From contig CM074804.1 in assembly GCA_037447605.1 (NCBI GenBank), positions 7,665,909 to 7,729,908 on the forward strand: a stretch of 64,000 nucleotides of DNA, written 5' to 3'. The translations under genes were made by a program, and so were the position numbers. Numbering within the stretch: the stretch's first letter is position 1; every line of letters starts with the position of its first letter. The notes under the pieces are model-generated. The model worked only from the letters and a program-made list of their open reading frames with translations. It had not been told where the DNA came from and searched no databases. Below, in pieces: positions 26,114 to 38,906 of this stretch. The DNA is from Zygnema circumcarinatum SAG 698-1b. Lineage: Eukaryota > Plantae > Zygnematophyceae.

Positions 26114-26360
26114 TCATGGGTTGGACCAACCATTGGAATGATTGCGATTTGCAAGCCGTTGATTCCCGATCCAGTCAGCCATTGGATCCAATGGTTGCAG
26201 TCACTGGCAATGGTTGGGTCGGTCGGGAATCAATTGTCCAATGGTTTCAGTCATTGGCAATGGTTGGCCAGGTGGCCAACCAATGGTTGCAACTATTGGC
26301 AATGTTGGGTGTTTTCGCAAATCAATGATCCAATGATTGCAGCCATTGACAAATGGTTTG
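26114..26360. repeat. CCAATGG/CCATTGG palindrome-rich dispersed repeat, copy 2 (inverted relative to 4850-5130)
   Basis: 26114-26195 matches the reverse complement of 5049-5130 at 70/82 positions without gaps. Confidence 0.85.
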
Positions 26361-26818
26361 CAAGTTTACGTTTCCGTGGCTGCGTTTTGGATCGATTTAG
26401 TGGCAAGTCAAGAAGGAAAAGCATGCCCTCGACGTGAGATAGTTGCATGGAGCAGAGGTTGATTGAGGGTGAAGTGGGAAATGAACGAGTGGGTGCGGGC
26501 AGATCATGTTGGTCAAGTCAGGCGCTACTCACAGCTGGGGTAACCTTAAATTCTTAAACTTAATGGTTCCATTAAGTAATGAGATGAGAGGCAGTGCATG
26601 GGATCCCTGACTCACAAGAAACGCTGTCAATTATTATTCCAAAAGTTATTACAACTCCATGTCTCGATCGGTTTTCCATCACCAAGACACTTTGTCCCTT
26701 CAATTCAAAGCCGGGCACTACATGGGACCAAACTCTGGTTGCTTGCTCCCAACGTCGGGAATCGCGACTGCCGTTTTCTCCATCCAAGGCGGAGCCGGCA
26801 CCTAACGGAACGAGGGTG

Positions 26819-27664
26819 CTACTTGGACCCTCTCCCACCGGACGCCTGCCAGGCGCTGCCTTTGGCAACAAAATGGACTTCCCGAGGCCCGCAAAGCCCC
26901 ACTCCAATGCGCCTCCTCTCTTCTGCTCCTCTATTTACTCCAGGCCACTCACCATTGGCACTCCGCTGTACAAGTACAAGACTAAGTCGTAAGCTGAAAG
27001 TAGAGACTTGAGGAGTCTCAAGGAGAATCACAGTAGTTGAGACTCGCTTTACGCTTTCTCTCTCATCCGTCCCTGCCGCATCTGTACAGCTCCCTCCTTC
27101 ACAGTCTACATTCTGTGCCCCCCCACAGTCCAAAAACCTGTGTTCTACTCGGTTTTCCGCCGGAAATTCCAACTCCACAGCAACTACATCTGAGCTTCTA
27201 AGGTTGTGCAGTTCGGCCTTGAAGGCGATCCCAATTGGCAGGCCCAGAAAGAAGTTTAATGGATGGTCAGGGCTGTCATGAGGGTCAACTATTGCTCCCC
27301 ACATTTCCCGCACATGTTCCGCAAAAGGAGGACGTACCGGCCAATATGAGGCGAGAATATCTTTAAATGCTCGACTCCTCCCTGTCATCTGAACAAGGCC
27401 TTCCATCACCTCTGCAACTGGAGGAGAAGGTCTCAAGTGATACTCCTCACAGTAGCTTCTCACCTTGTTTAAAACATTAGCATACTTCCTATTGTTGTCC
27501 TCTTCCATCTCGAAACCAATGGAGAGCCTTTCCTTTAGATGATGTCCCCCTAGCGAAGGCCTTTTCAGGTGGCTCTGGCACCCTTCTCTCATCAAGGCAC
27601 CCAAGAGCTTCAGCTCAAGAATTCGCAGTTTATGCCTATTGAGAAGCAAAATTATGACATGCAT
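26819..27664 (-). CDS. Integrator subunit 4 / SIEL-like C-terminal domain only (isolated terminal exon, partial duplicate or split gene)
   Basis: LRILELKLLGALMR ... GAIVDPHDSPDHPLNFFLGLPIGIAFKAELHNL ... GLCGPREVHF resembles the INTS4/SIEL C-terminus. In-frame ATG at 27664. Candidate acceptor ttttgcttctcaatag opens an exon at 27635. Confidence 0.7.
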   Translation of the reverse strand: MHVIILLLNRHKLRILELKLLGALMREGCQSHLKRPSLGGHHLKERLSIGFEMEEDNNRKYANVLNKVRSYCEEYHLRPSPPVAEVMEGLVQMTGRSRAFKDILASYWPVRPPFAEHVREMWGAIVDPHDSPDHPLNFFLGLPIGIAFKAELHNLRSSDVVAVELEFPAENRVEHRFLDCGGAQNVDCEGGSCTDAAGTDERESVKRVSTTVILLETPQVSTFSLRLSLVLVQRSANGEWPGVNRGAEERRRIGVGLCGPREVHFVAKGSAWQASGGRGSK

Positions 27665-28299
27665 TGTATCAGTAAATTCAATGCTTAGTGCTGATGATCT
27701 GTTGTGCTTCAAAGCTTTTGTGTTTTTGCCACTTCCAGAGTCTAGGGACTGACCAATTAATCTTGTGATCAATGGCAGCACATGAAGCTTAGATTACAGG
27801 CGGAAGCTTCCCTGCGGTTTCCACACCGCAGTTGCTAATCCACAGCAATCGGTGACATTCGGCAGCTAACAGGGCGGCATATCGCCATCCCTACATGCTT
27901 GTCCTGGACTGGGCACACGCCCAGGGGCAGCAGGACAGTCCAATCTCTCTCCAATCCAAAGCCCTATACCTTCCTGAACCCTAAACCAAACCGCCTGTAG
28001 CAGGCGGTACCTATTACCAGCCTCTGTGTTCTGCTCTCTGCTTCACTGCAGCACCTACTGCAGCCCAGAGACTGCGGTCCCTACTCTGCAGGAGCTGCTG
28101 CAAGTCACAAGCGTGATGTAACGTTGGCCTACCTCTGTTGCTACTCTTACTTTCCCAAGACACTACACTTTGACGTGTCAGGACAGGGACCACCTGAATT
28201 CCAAATGCTACGTATTGGAAGCCTTCATTCACGGCCTTTCATTGGGATGAAGCATAGGGGCACATCGAAAAGCATTGTTGCTCTGCAGAGAGAGGGAGG

Positions 28300-31200
28300 C
28301 TACGTCCACAGTTTGACGGTCTTGTCATGCGAGGCGGAGGCCATCATTCCCGTGGCGGCAGATTGTGAGAGAGCGGCAATGAGGCCATCATGCGCCTGCA
28401 CAGTCATGCTCTTATTCTCCACCATGTTCCAGAGCTCCAAGGTCTGCCAAAAAGTAAAGCCAAGCAAGTAGCGTACGCAAAGTAAGTAAGTAGGGTATTG
28501 GGGGGACGAAAAATCTTCCGCTCAATCGATGCTGCAAATGAATGCCACAGCACACTGATGACCCAACCCCGCGATTCTCATAAAGACACAATAAAAGACT
28601 TCCAAAATCATATTTCAACATTGGAAAGCAGGGTAACGGGGTCATTGTAGCAATTAGGGTTTGCATAGCATAGGGGCATAGTACCTGATAGCAGCCGATG
28701 ACTAAAAGCGACGGATATTTTGGATGGAATACACAGGAGTGGAATTTGTTCCCACTGCTGATCAAGTCGTGCACGCACTCTCCATCACTGCCGGGACCGA
28801 GGGCCCAAACCCTCACAGAGTCTTCTGAAACAGATGCCACAAAGTCGCCAGTGGCATCCCAACACACTGAATGGACGGGCTTGGTGTGTCTCTGAAACAG
28901 TGAACATCATAACAGTGAATATCATTAGACAATAGTCAAAAGACAACAGATATCACCGGGCTGGAAGCAGGACAGGTACATGTAACAAATATAAGTCTCT
29001 GGTAAAAATGAAAAAATGGTAAAATGTGAGTGGATATTTGTTGGAGTTTTCACGGATAAATGTGTTAGCTTTTTCGGATAGTCGTATGCCTTTGGTCCTG
29101 ATCTAAAACAATGCCAATGGGTTAGGATAAGCTTAGAGAGCTTGGCCCAGATTGTTCAAAAGTTAGCCTAGAAGTGAGAAGGTAGAGCCTTATCCGAAAA
29201 CTAAAAATGTAACAGTTGAACATGTTTGTAGGTACAAGGAAGTGCTAACACCATTTGCAAAAAGAAAGTCCTCGAATCTCTACTGGCTTCAGAGTCACTA
29301 ATCCTTTTGAGAGCTTCAAGGACAAGGTCGTCAAGTATCAGCAAGTCTGGGTAATAGCCTGCTGCGTGTCCTCACTAATACAAAAGCAGCGAATGCTTTC
29401 ATTTCCTGCACTCCACCCACACAGTGGCTGCAAAGAATAGTGGGCTTTACAGAAAGGGGTAAGAAAGAGACCTGCAGATTATGCACGAGTGTTTCGGTTT
29501 CCACATCGAAAATTGAAACAACGTTTTCTGCCGCTGCCGCCAGTAGACTTCCTGTGCGGGGCTGGAATCGCATTTGAGTGGTGGCGCCCTGTGAGCTCCA
29601 AAGCACCACAAAAGAATGAGCCATACACATGCATACACGCATACAGAAAAGAGGCACAGAGGATTGAAGTCGATGGACTTTTCATGATAATGGAAGACCT
29701 CATGGTCTGCACCGAACTACAGACTTATTGTCATTAGCATTACAGAAACAGCTAGTCGACTCCACCATCCAAAGTGTTATTCGTGCTCACAGAATCATAG
29801 ACAATGATTGCAAACAAACTTCAGAATGCCCTTTGAAGAAACACATCTTACGTCTCTCCTTACACCAACTCTCCGCATTCAATTGGCTAACCTATCATCG
29901 CTGGGTTGTGCATATCCTCCACCTATTCATTGACATTTCTAAACATAGTCGAGTCAAGATACTGTTCGAGATGGACACACTTGGTCAGCGGTGCTCCTAC
30001 CTTGAATACGCGGTTGCAGATGCCCTGATTAATGCTCCAATAGCGCATCTCAGTATCTCCATCACAGGAACAGAGGAGGTCGTCATTGGTGGGATGGAAG
30101 TCCAGTGACATAACAGCAGTTTGGTGACCAGAGAATGTGCGAAGCGAAAAATTCGGCTGCAAAAAGTTAAACATGTAAATTTAAGATGGCTGCAGTGAAT
30201 CGATAATAAGAAAGAAATATGAGAATCGAGAACAGCAAATGGCAATGGCCGCCGGATAGGGGTAAGAATATTCCGAGTTCCTTGCCGAGAAAGGTGAGTT
30301 TTTCTCATACTTCGTAAAATGAACTGTCACTGGTTTAATGAAAAAAAAGAAAAGTGTAGAGATTTGAGACAAATGAACTAGATACCTCTTCATGTCACTA
30401 CAAGAGTGCAAGAAAGAGATGTCAACACAAAATGACAACTTCCATTCGATGAAGCCAGAAAAACCGTGGATAAAAGGTGCGCATTGAACCACACACCTGC
30501 AAGCAGGCACGAGAATAAGGCTAACTCTAAAGAACCAGAATGAGTCAAGCAACCACAGTGACCGGCCAACTCACATTTTCAGCATCCCATACACGAACAG
30601 TTTTGTCGAAAGAAGATGTAGCGAGACGCGAAGAGGAAGGCGAAAAGCGCACATCAGTGATAAGCATAGAGTGCTCTTCCAACGTGCTTCGGAGATTCCG
30701 TGACTCCATACTCCAAAGCATTGCCTGAGAAGTGGGAGGCAAACGTAACTAACCGGTGAGTAGAAAAGGAGCCCAATGGTCAACAATGGAGGAGCTGAGA
30801 CTCAAAAGCCTGCCCATTGTAACCAAGAAAAGGCAATATTGAATGCACTGCATCTTTGCTTGTTCTGCCAGCTATATCCCTCTCTCAACTTTATATCTCT
30901 GATTCTTTCAGAGAGTTGAGCTCGAAACTAGGAGGAAATTATTTGCGACTGTTTCCAACATTCCTTTGTTGCCACTACGAGCATAGCAACTTACCTTCTT
31001 GTCATGCCCTGCACTGGCAAGAAGCTTTCCATCGGAAGAGAAGTGGCAACAAACCACTTTGTTACTGCTCGCGTGCAGAACACCCACTTCAGTGAACGAA
31101 AACCCTGCCATGCAAAGGGAGAGTGGAAGAACGTGAGTGGGTGATAGGTGAGCCGATGTGTGCTTAGCAGGTATCAATATTGATAGATATCAATCAATCA

Positions 31201-34200
31201 TATCATACTAACTCACTTATCCTCTAAAAATTTGAATGACCACAGGCACGCACTCAAGCGTATCATTGCATCCATTAGCACGAGGTTCAGTTCTAGCTTT
31301 TTGGAATTCCATTAAAAAATATGCACATACTTGCTTGTTAGGAGGGAGGGAGAAAATGAGCAATCACCTTTTGTGTCAATGTTCGAACTTCGCTTGTTGC
31401 TGCCAAACAGAGTCTGCTGCGGATGTTGGTCATCGTTTTCAGATAGAAACGACTCCACGTTGTCATCATCTAGCGAAGCATCTTCATTGAAACGATCAAG
31501 ATCGTTCTGCAAGGCAAGTAAACAACATTTGACAAACATCAGAAAATGTGAAAAATATCTAAATACCACCTAGAAAGTATCCAAAAGAACCCAAACGTGG
31601 TGAAATGGAACAAAACGGTATAAACATGTGAAAGGCCAGCAGAAGATCGGTCGTGTTCAAAGACTCGAAAGGAGATAACATATGACAATCCAACAATAAT
31701 AGTTCCCTCTTTATTCAGACAATAATTTTGTCAGCTCGCCAATTAGAGGCCAGCAAATAAGAACCACGTGCCAGATTGAGGCATATGAATCGAATCGTAG
31801 TTTCTGAAAACATTATTCACCAGCAAGTTAAAGGTTCTTTGTATTCTGAAGCAGCAACACTCAAATCTTCCACTATGAACTCACACTTCTTCAGCAGCAA
31901 ATTTCATCCTTATTTACTCTCCCAACCTTTTTCTAGCAGCGACTCCTCTCCTTACTATCAGAACCCCCCTCGGATCGCCATACAGAATCCATCAAAAGCA
32001 CATGTTAGTGCACATACATACCAGTGCATGTGCGGGTGAATTGAGCGCTGCAGCCGTCCCATCAGCATTGAATATGATGCCATGCTTCCCACTCACGCTG
32101 CCGCTGTTCACAAGGCCGGCCATTGCTTGAACGGAAGAGACATCTCCCGGCATGTGGTTGGTCGGAGTGGGAGGGTTGGAACTTGGAGGTCCTGTGTTAG
32201 TGGTTCCCGTGGAGTTCGCTGGGCCGGCTGAGGAAGTGGCGGGAGCGGGTTTTCGCTTTCGACGGTTAGGACCGGAGTTTGTGGAAGCGGCCTTGTGTCC
32301 AAGTGACATAACAGAAACAGAATGACTCACAATAAGAGAAAATTCGCCCAAGCCTTCTGCATGAACGCTGCACTTTTGCTCTGCGATGAGGTTAGCAGAG
32401 ACCATGTCTACATGCTCTTTTCCTATGACGAGGAAACAGGTGATAGGCCTTGAGATGGAAGGAGGGTATACTAGAGGCAGTTAGCATGCATGACATGTTC
32501 AATTGCAGCTGTAATGGGTAACAAACTTTTCCCCAAATACCCACTAAAAGTAGTGAGGGCCTAAACATGGAAAGCCTCTGAATGCTCTGTGTCCTTGTTT
32601 AAGGTGCAAAGCGAAGCAAGACTGCTTACGACTTTCTCATTCACAAAGGAACATAGGTGAAAAAGGTACATTTTCTTCATGGGGGACTTAAGAAACCTCT
32701 ACCAAAGTCAAACATTGAATGTATATCCAGAAAAACAAGGTTGCCCATATGCTCAAGCCTTGCATAGGAGCTGCACCATCAGATCACTGTTCCCCCTATC
32801 CTTGTCAAATTCAAGGTTCCTAACGACACCCAGGAAAATAATTCTCTAGACAGAGACGCGCACAAGGAGCTCCACAACTGGAATTACAGCACACTGCTTT
32901 TCAATGTGTTCACATATAGTACAATACAATATAGAAGGTGCAACAATGAATACCAAAGATAATGCCCTAGTTTTACATGTCGGAAACTGACTCATCCTCA
33001 GCAGTCCTCATGTATCCCACCTTAACAGTGCCTGTACTTGTGCCACTTGGAGTTGGCCCCTCCACTCCTACGAACCCTCCTGCATCTCCTCTGAAGTTGG
33101 ACCCATCTCCTGCCCCTCTCTGAGACTGCTGCTCTCCTCCTCCTTGAGAGTGTCCCGGAGGCCCTCCCTGTGGTTGGCTGCTCTGGGAAGCTGACTGCTG
33201 CTGTTGCTGCAACTGCTGCAGAGCTGCATGGTGGCCCAGTCCCCGGGCCTGAAGCTGCAACCCACCCTCGCTTTTCATGAAATGTTGAAATAATGAACAT
33301 GTTGTTGAATAATTAAGGTCTATGCATTGGCTGGAAGTTGCGAGGGCAAGAAGATGAATCGACCTGGTCGCAGTAAACAGATGTAAAACAATCTAAACGC
33401 TTATCTCGGCGGTATTCATGTTTACGGGTGTGACGAGGAGAAGGTGAGGAGGGGAACAGATCGTTGGACTTCTCCAAAGGACTAATCGAACATGGGGAAC
33501 CAGTAGCCTATTAAAACCACCAAGACTACGACAACATTACAGTTTAATCAGACTGCTGTGAATTCTACGTCAATTCCAACTTCAAGATCCTTGAAGTCAT
33601 ACGAGAGAGACAAACAAGCCAAACGAAACGATGTAACGGGAGATCCATTAAGATCGCTGGCTAGCATCCAATGGGAGAATGCTCGCATACATTTAAACAC
33701 ATCGGTTTGCAAGGTAATCCCGCTCGAGTTGACATTCCCATTCAACTCCAAATCCAATTTTCTAAAGGCCAAAACTCTTTGTTCATACCTTTAGGAGCAG
33801 CTCCTGATCCGTCGACGCGGACCGCACCAATGCTCCGGGAGAGCTTTGGCCATCTCCCAATCCATCCACTTTTCCTGCTGCCACTGCCGCTGCAGCTGCA
33901 GCAGCAACCGAGTTCTTTGCATTTAAAAGATGCCGAATTCGGCGTTCCGTATTGAAATCCGCCATCATAGTTTGCGAACTCGGTGAGTTTCCAACCCCAC
34001 TCCCTTGCGACTGCTGAAGCTGTTGGGCTTGCTGAGCGTTCAGGACTTGCTGTTGCTGAGGGGACAAGGAAAATTGCGGGTAACCACGGGGAGACTGGAA
34101 CATGGATGAGTTCTGCAAACACAGGGAAAGGAATAAAGTAGGATGGGAAAGTACATTCAGCAAAGATGACTCATTACACATCTGACTGAAAGGGCCAGGG

Positions 34201-37200
34201 AATAACACATCTGAACGACTTATAGAAAGACAAGGGACACATTTGAACAGATTCCACAAATAGATCCCAAAAAATCCTATTCTCTCCTTCAGCTTTGATA
34301 AAGCAGACTGCGCCATAACTTGTCGAAGGTGGGTTTCTAATCCTCTGTAGACAAATTTCTTGATCACATTACACTGCGTTTGATCCATGGAAAACTTCAG
34401 ACCTTTGCGAAACATTAAAAAGGCCTCAACTATAGACTTGCACGATGAGACTTCCTCAGAGAAAATGAAAGTGTTTGAAATGTAACATATGGCATAGAGC
34501 AAGAGGAGAGGGACAGACAAAGAAAAATTACCGAGAGGTTGGACCAGCCTTTCAGTTGCTGAAGCTGAGCACTGGTTACTTGATTGACACCTGACAGCGA
34601 TCAAGTATCAAACAAACAGCACAAAGGATAAAGTTCCAAAGCTATTTCTTGCCTCAAGTGGCTGTAAACAGATAAGGCAGGCAACTCATCACATCACAAG
34701 TATGCTGATGGCGTGCAGGTAACACATGAATTAAAAAAATGTGATGGACTAATATGCAGCAAATGATCAAACGAGCAGCAGGAATCTTCATGCATTATAT
34801 AGGCTTGGCTGCGACTGCCATGCAGTGCCATGCAGTGCCATGCAGAACATTGGCCACCACAGTACATACACCTTTGCACCAATGTACGGCAAATGGAAAT
34901 CAGAGCTAACCACTGATTTGAACTGTGTAAGATATCACTCTTAATGGCATAATGTCGACCTCAATTCTCACGCGCTCTCCCCATACCTTCCTTCTTCCCC
35001 CCAACTTGCTTTCTCCCTTCGTTTCCTTGCACTCCATTCCCATCCGCTGTACCTCTCTCCCTCACCGTCTCCCCCACCCTCTCATATCTTTCCTTTTTAA
35101 TCCATTCGAACCACAGTCAGAGGCAGTGTAGCCAGACTTAACGATCTTAAGTCATCATAACATACCTTGGAAAGATGCAGGTTTGCCCTGTGAACCCTGC
35201 ACACACTCAAGAAAGTCAATTGGCCACAAGTAGACAGCATACACTATATACATTGCCTGTAAGACTAAAAACAACAGTATGACGAAAGGTAGACACACTT
35301 AAAGAGCAGTTCAGGTAGGCTTCTTACTGCTAATCAACAAAGCAGGCTCGAGTCAGCAGTCACTAGCCAGAGATACCTGCTATTTTAGGTGTACAGCTTC
35401 TCAACTTCCGACCTCTACGTTCTTGACGAACGAGGAATATCCGTACCATGAGTTTTCCGTTCGTTTTAGTTTCCCAGCTAATGGACCCCAATTTTCCAAC
35501 AAAGATACAGGCATACGGAGTGCTTCCAAGCTGAAGAATGTCAAGGAGTTGGTATGCATGCCTGGCTGAGGCTCGGTGAAGCTCCAAGCAACTGCGAGCG
35601 CTGTTGTAGAGCTGCCGAAGCATTCCCCGAATTTGATGCTAGCATCTGTTTATGAGACGCAGGCCACAGCTCCATCGGTCAAAGTTCTAGTTTTGAAGGT
35701 CCTTACAAGGAATGATGTAAGTAAGGTTCTGCAACTATCAACAACCCACTCATCTTCCTGTTGAGAGACGAGTCACAGTTCACTCCTGACTTTGAGGCCA
35801 AGACAGCTCTGTTTGGAACAAGCAGAGTGACCAAGCTTCAAGACTGTACAACTTATCAAGCTTAGGCACCTCCCTTGAAGTGCCAGACTCAAGTCTCAGA
35901 CAAGTTACATACAAATCCATATCAGGCCTCAAACAAAATTTAGACAGCAAACAAAGGGTTAAGTTTGTGGAATTTAATTAAATCAAAAAAACCCATTACA
36001 CTCAAAACGGCATACAGTTGATTTCCAATACAAGAAAGTTGTTTATCAAGTGGACATTAAAATGCCCACAGAGGCCATCTTCACACATGGTACAGTCCCT
36101 CACAGGGTCCCAGTACAAAAGCAGGATAACCCCTTAACTATGTATTTTAAGACCGCACTGCGACACACAAAATGTGTGTCAGGCTATACTCGGAACGCAC
36201 TATGTCACTGCTCACAATATTGGTGAATTGGTGGACCTAGGCCTAGAGATACAACGTGCACCATGTCCGACAATCAATTTACAGCTGTTGTAAAATCAGC
36301 ACAGAGTAAAAGAAACAAACAAATAGCCACGGTACAGAGGAATTCAGCCACTGCGGAACAGACACTGCTGCATTGGCAGATGTCCAGGATTTTTTCAGTT
36401 CAACGCGCAACTCCAAATGCATCTATTTAGATTAAGCAACCTTGTTGATGATAACTCACAGTACTATTGCATGTCTTGGACAGTGTACTGCATGCTGGCA
36501 GGAAATAACCTCACAGTAGCTGGAAGCATGTCGTCCTTAAATCAGCTACAAGACATCCTACGACCTTTTCAGATACACTAAATTGTAAACAAGAGCGTAG
36601 CTCAGTAAACACGAATAAAAGTGGGACTGTGTGTTGACGGTACGCAGGACTGTTACATTCTGCTGTCCAAGAAGTGGACAAAAGTCTGGAGGGACCATAA
36701 CCTGGAGGGATTATAGACTCTTATTTATCAGTCATCTGATCTTGCCCAATAGAATCGAATAGACAAATCCGATATCTAGCACGTCAATGTACGATCTGTT
36801 ACCAGTTAAGCTAACAACGACAACAAGGATATGTCCGCCGCACCTTCAAGGCAGCTTCATGAATGTTCGCTCCACCCTCGCTCATACTTCGAGCCTGACT
36901 CTGCTTCAACCGCTCTTCATAAAACTTTGAGGCCAAGGCATTTGCTGTTGACTGCCTCAATATGTTATCTGTAGACATCCCATTGCTTGAACCATTGCCA
37001 AGTTGAGCCGCCTCTCTCCGTTGTTGTTGGAGATGCCGCTGTTGTAGCTGCAAATGAAGTAACTGAGCCTGCTGTAGCTGAGTGTGTTGCTGCTGCTGCT
37101 GTTGTTGCTGCGCAGTTTGCTGACATTGCTGCTGCTGCTGACTCGTGGATTGTGATGTTGTTTGCTGCACTTGCTGCTGATTATTCTGTGCCTGTTGCAC

Positions 37201-37300
37201 CTGCTGCTGATGCGCCTGTTGCTGTTGCTGCTGTTGCTGCTGTTGCTGCTGCTGCTGTTGCTGTTGCTGCTGTTGCTGCTGTTGCTGCTGTTGTTGCTGT

Positions 37301-37361
<61 letters not shown>

Positions 37362-37438
37362 GCTGCTGCTGCTGTTGCTGTTGCTGTTGCTGTACTTGTT
37401 GTTGCTGCTGTTGCTGTTGCTGTACTTGTTGTTGCTGC

Positions 37439-37499
<61 letters not shown>

Positions 37500-38906
37500 C
37501 CCGAGCTTTCAATTGCTGGGTCTACAATTGCACACCCATGATGAAATAAGCAACTCTGCTGTAGACTCTGCTCACATTCATAATAGCGGACTCAATTCTG
37601 ACGACGAACCTCACATAGAAAACAGATACTGTTCATCACTGTGCTGTTAATTATAAAGTTGCACTTAGACCTTGCAGCCTAAGGTGAACATCGTAAGACC
37701 ATTCCCCATTGCAGCAATCAGCAGCCTCGACTGTTTACATGGGAAGCAAAGCATGGTTAAAACGCTTCCCTTCATCATTGTGCAATCGTACCTCAATATA
37801 AGACGCAGCCATCTCAGAATGCTTTTCATTTGTGCGGGCAATGAAGATATCCCAGAACACAGACCACCACTCGTAAAGGAAGCCTCCAGGTGCATTTATA
37901 GCTGAAACATACCACTCCAGGCATAAACATGATGAGCTGGCCAATGCCCTCGGTGAAGCAGCAATTGGAAGTTCCAAGTGATGTGAACGTGCACTTCATT
38001 GCTAACAATTACACAAAAGCCGTCATTTTTAATAGGGCGAATGTACATCTCTAAAAAGAACTCCTGCCTTGAAAAATGACGTCATAGAGTCTCAGTTCGC
38101 TTGTCCCCATGAAGCTCACACTCTCAGAAGTTGAGCCCTGAAGTTGAAGAAAATTCCAAAGGAGAGTCTCGCAATTGAGACGCAGGAATGCTAAACAGGT
38201 TTATTGCTTACCAACGGGATCAGGCGACACTTTAGCCTCAGCAAGGAATGCCTTCGCCGATTGAACCAGGCCTCGCTTGACAAGATGGTCGTGTATGTAG
38301 ACATCGAGCCTGCTTTCATGAATTGTCCATTCGCGTACCCATCGTGCATGCACATCACATATTATAACATCAATACCATTTTTTTTTGGCCACCTTTTCT
38401 TTGTGCCAGCTCTAGGCCTTCGCGCTGACTAGGAGAATGAAAATTCTAACGAATTACTGCATTTCTTACGGCGGTGAAAGTCTGTGCATAAGCTCGTGAC
38501 AGTAGACATAATTGGGCACGTCAACGCTAGCCTAGTGCAATAAAGACAACCGACTGTCTCTCAACGCTGTCTTCGAATAGGTCAACCTCACACCATTCCA
38601 GCTACATGACCAAAAGGTTGTCCTTCGAGCAACAAGCAACTTCCAAGACTGTAAGCACCCAGACTTCAGTTATGAAAGGATGCAAAAGAAATGTGCAACG
38701 CCATAAAACCCTCAGTAGCCATGAAGTTTGAACGCCCTTGGCCATTTTGAGGTAGAAATGGGTCGAAGGAAACGAGAGAAGGGATAATGCTGCACAAAAA
38801 ATAGAAGGATATTGTGGGCATATGCTCTGGCATCAACCTACGTCGCAATTCCAAGACAAGTTCGTTCAACATACATCTTGTCGGCTTCCCAATTGTTCTG
38901 CGCCAT
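28300..38906 (-). CDS. LUG: LEUNIG/LEUNIG_HOMOLOG-like transcriptional corepressor (LisH/LUFS, Gln-rich, WD40)
   Basis: [11 protein letters not shown]|[39 protein letters not shown], polyQ, LKGW, NVESFLS, WD40 repeats ending [13 protein letters not shown]. About 16 coding exons: 38906-38875, 38309-38212, 37901-37792, 37521-36844, 35196-35166, 34590-34532, 34112-33789, 33254-33021, 32291-32022, 31506-31368, 31104-30995, 30724-30575, 30156-30001, 29588-29472, 28891-28685, 28443-28300. Probable 5'UTR exon ends at 39821. Confidence 0.95.
37216..37497 (-). repeat. Coding CAG/CAA trinucleotide repeat (polyglutamine)
   Basis: 94 codons: 92 Gln and 2 Val. Confidence 0.95.

Noticed and set aside
4850-26360. 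Inverted CCAAT repeats as TIRs of a 21-kb gene-capturing transposon
   Set aside because: Only ~85% identity, no target-site duplication or transposase, and the interior is ordinary housekeeping genes.
36420-36580. Plus-strand peptide faintly resembling LUG linker sequence (possible intragenic inversion)
   Set aside because: The similarity is weak and needs a frameshift. The surrounding base skew matches a normal minus-strand intron.
36987-37650. Poly-Val/Ala and poly-Leu ORFs
   Set aside because: Antisense frames of the polyQ repeat.
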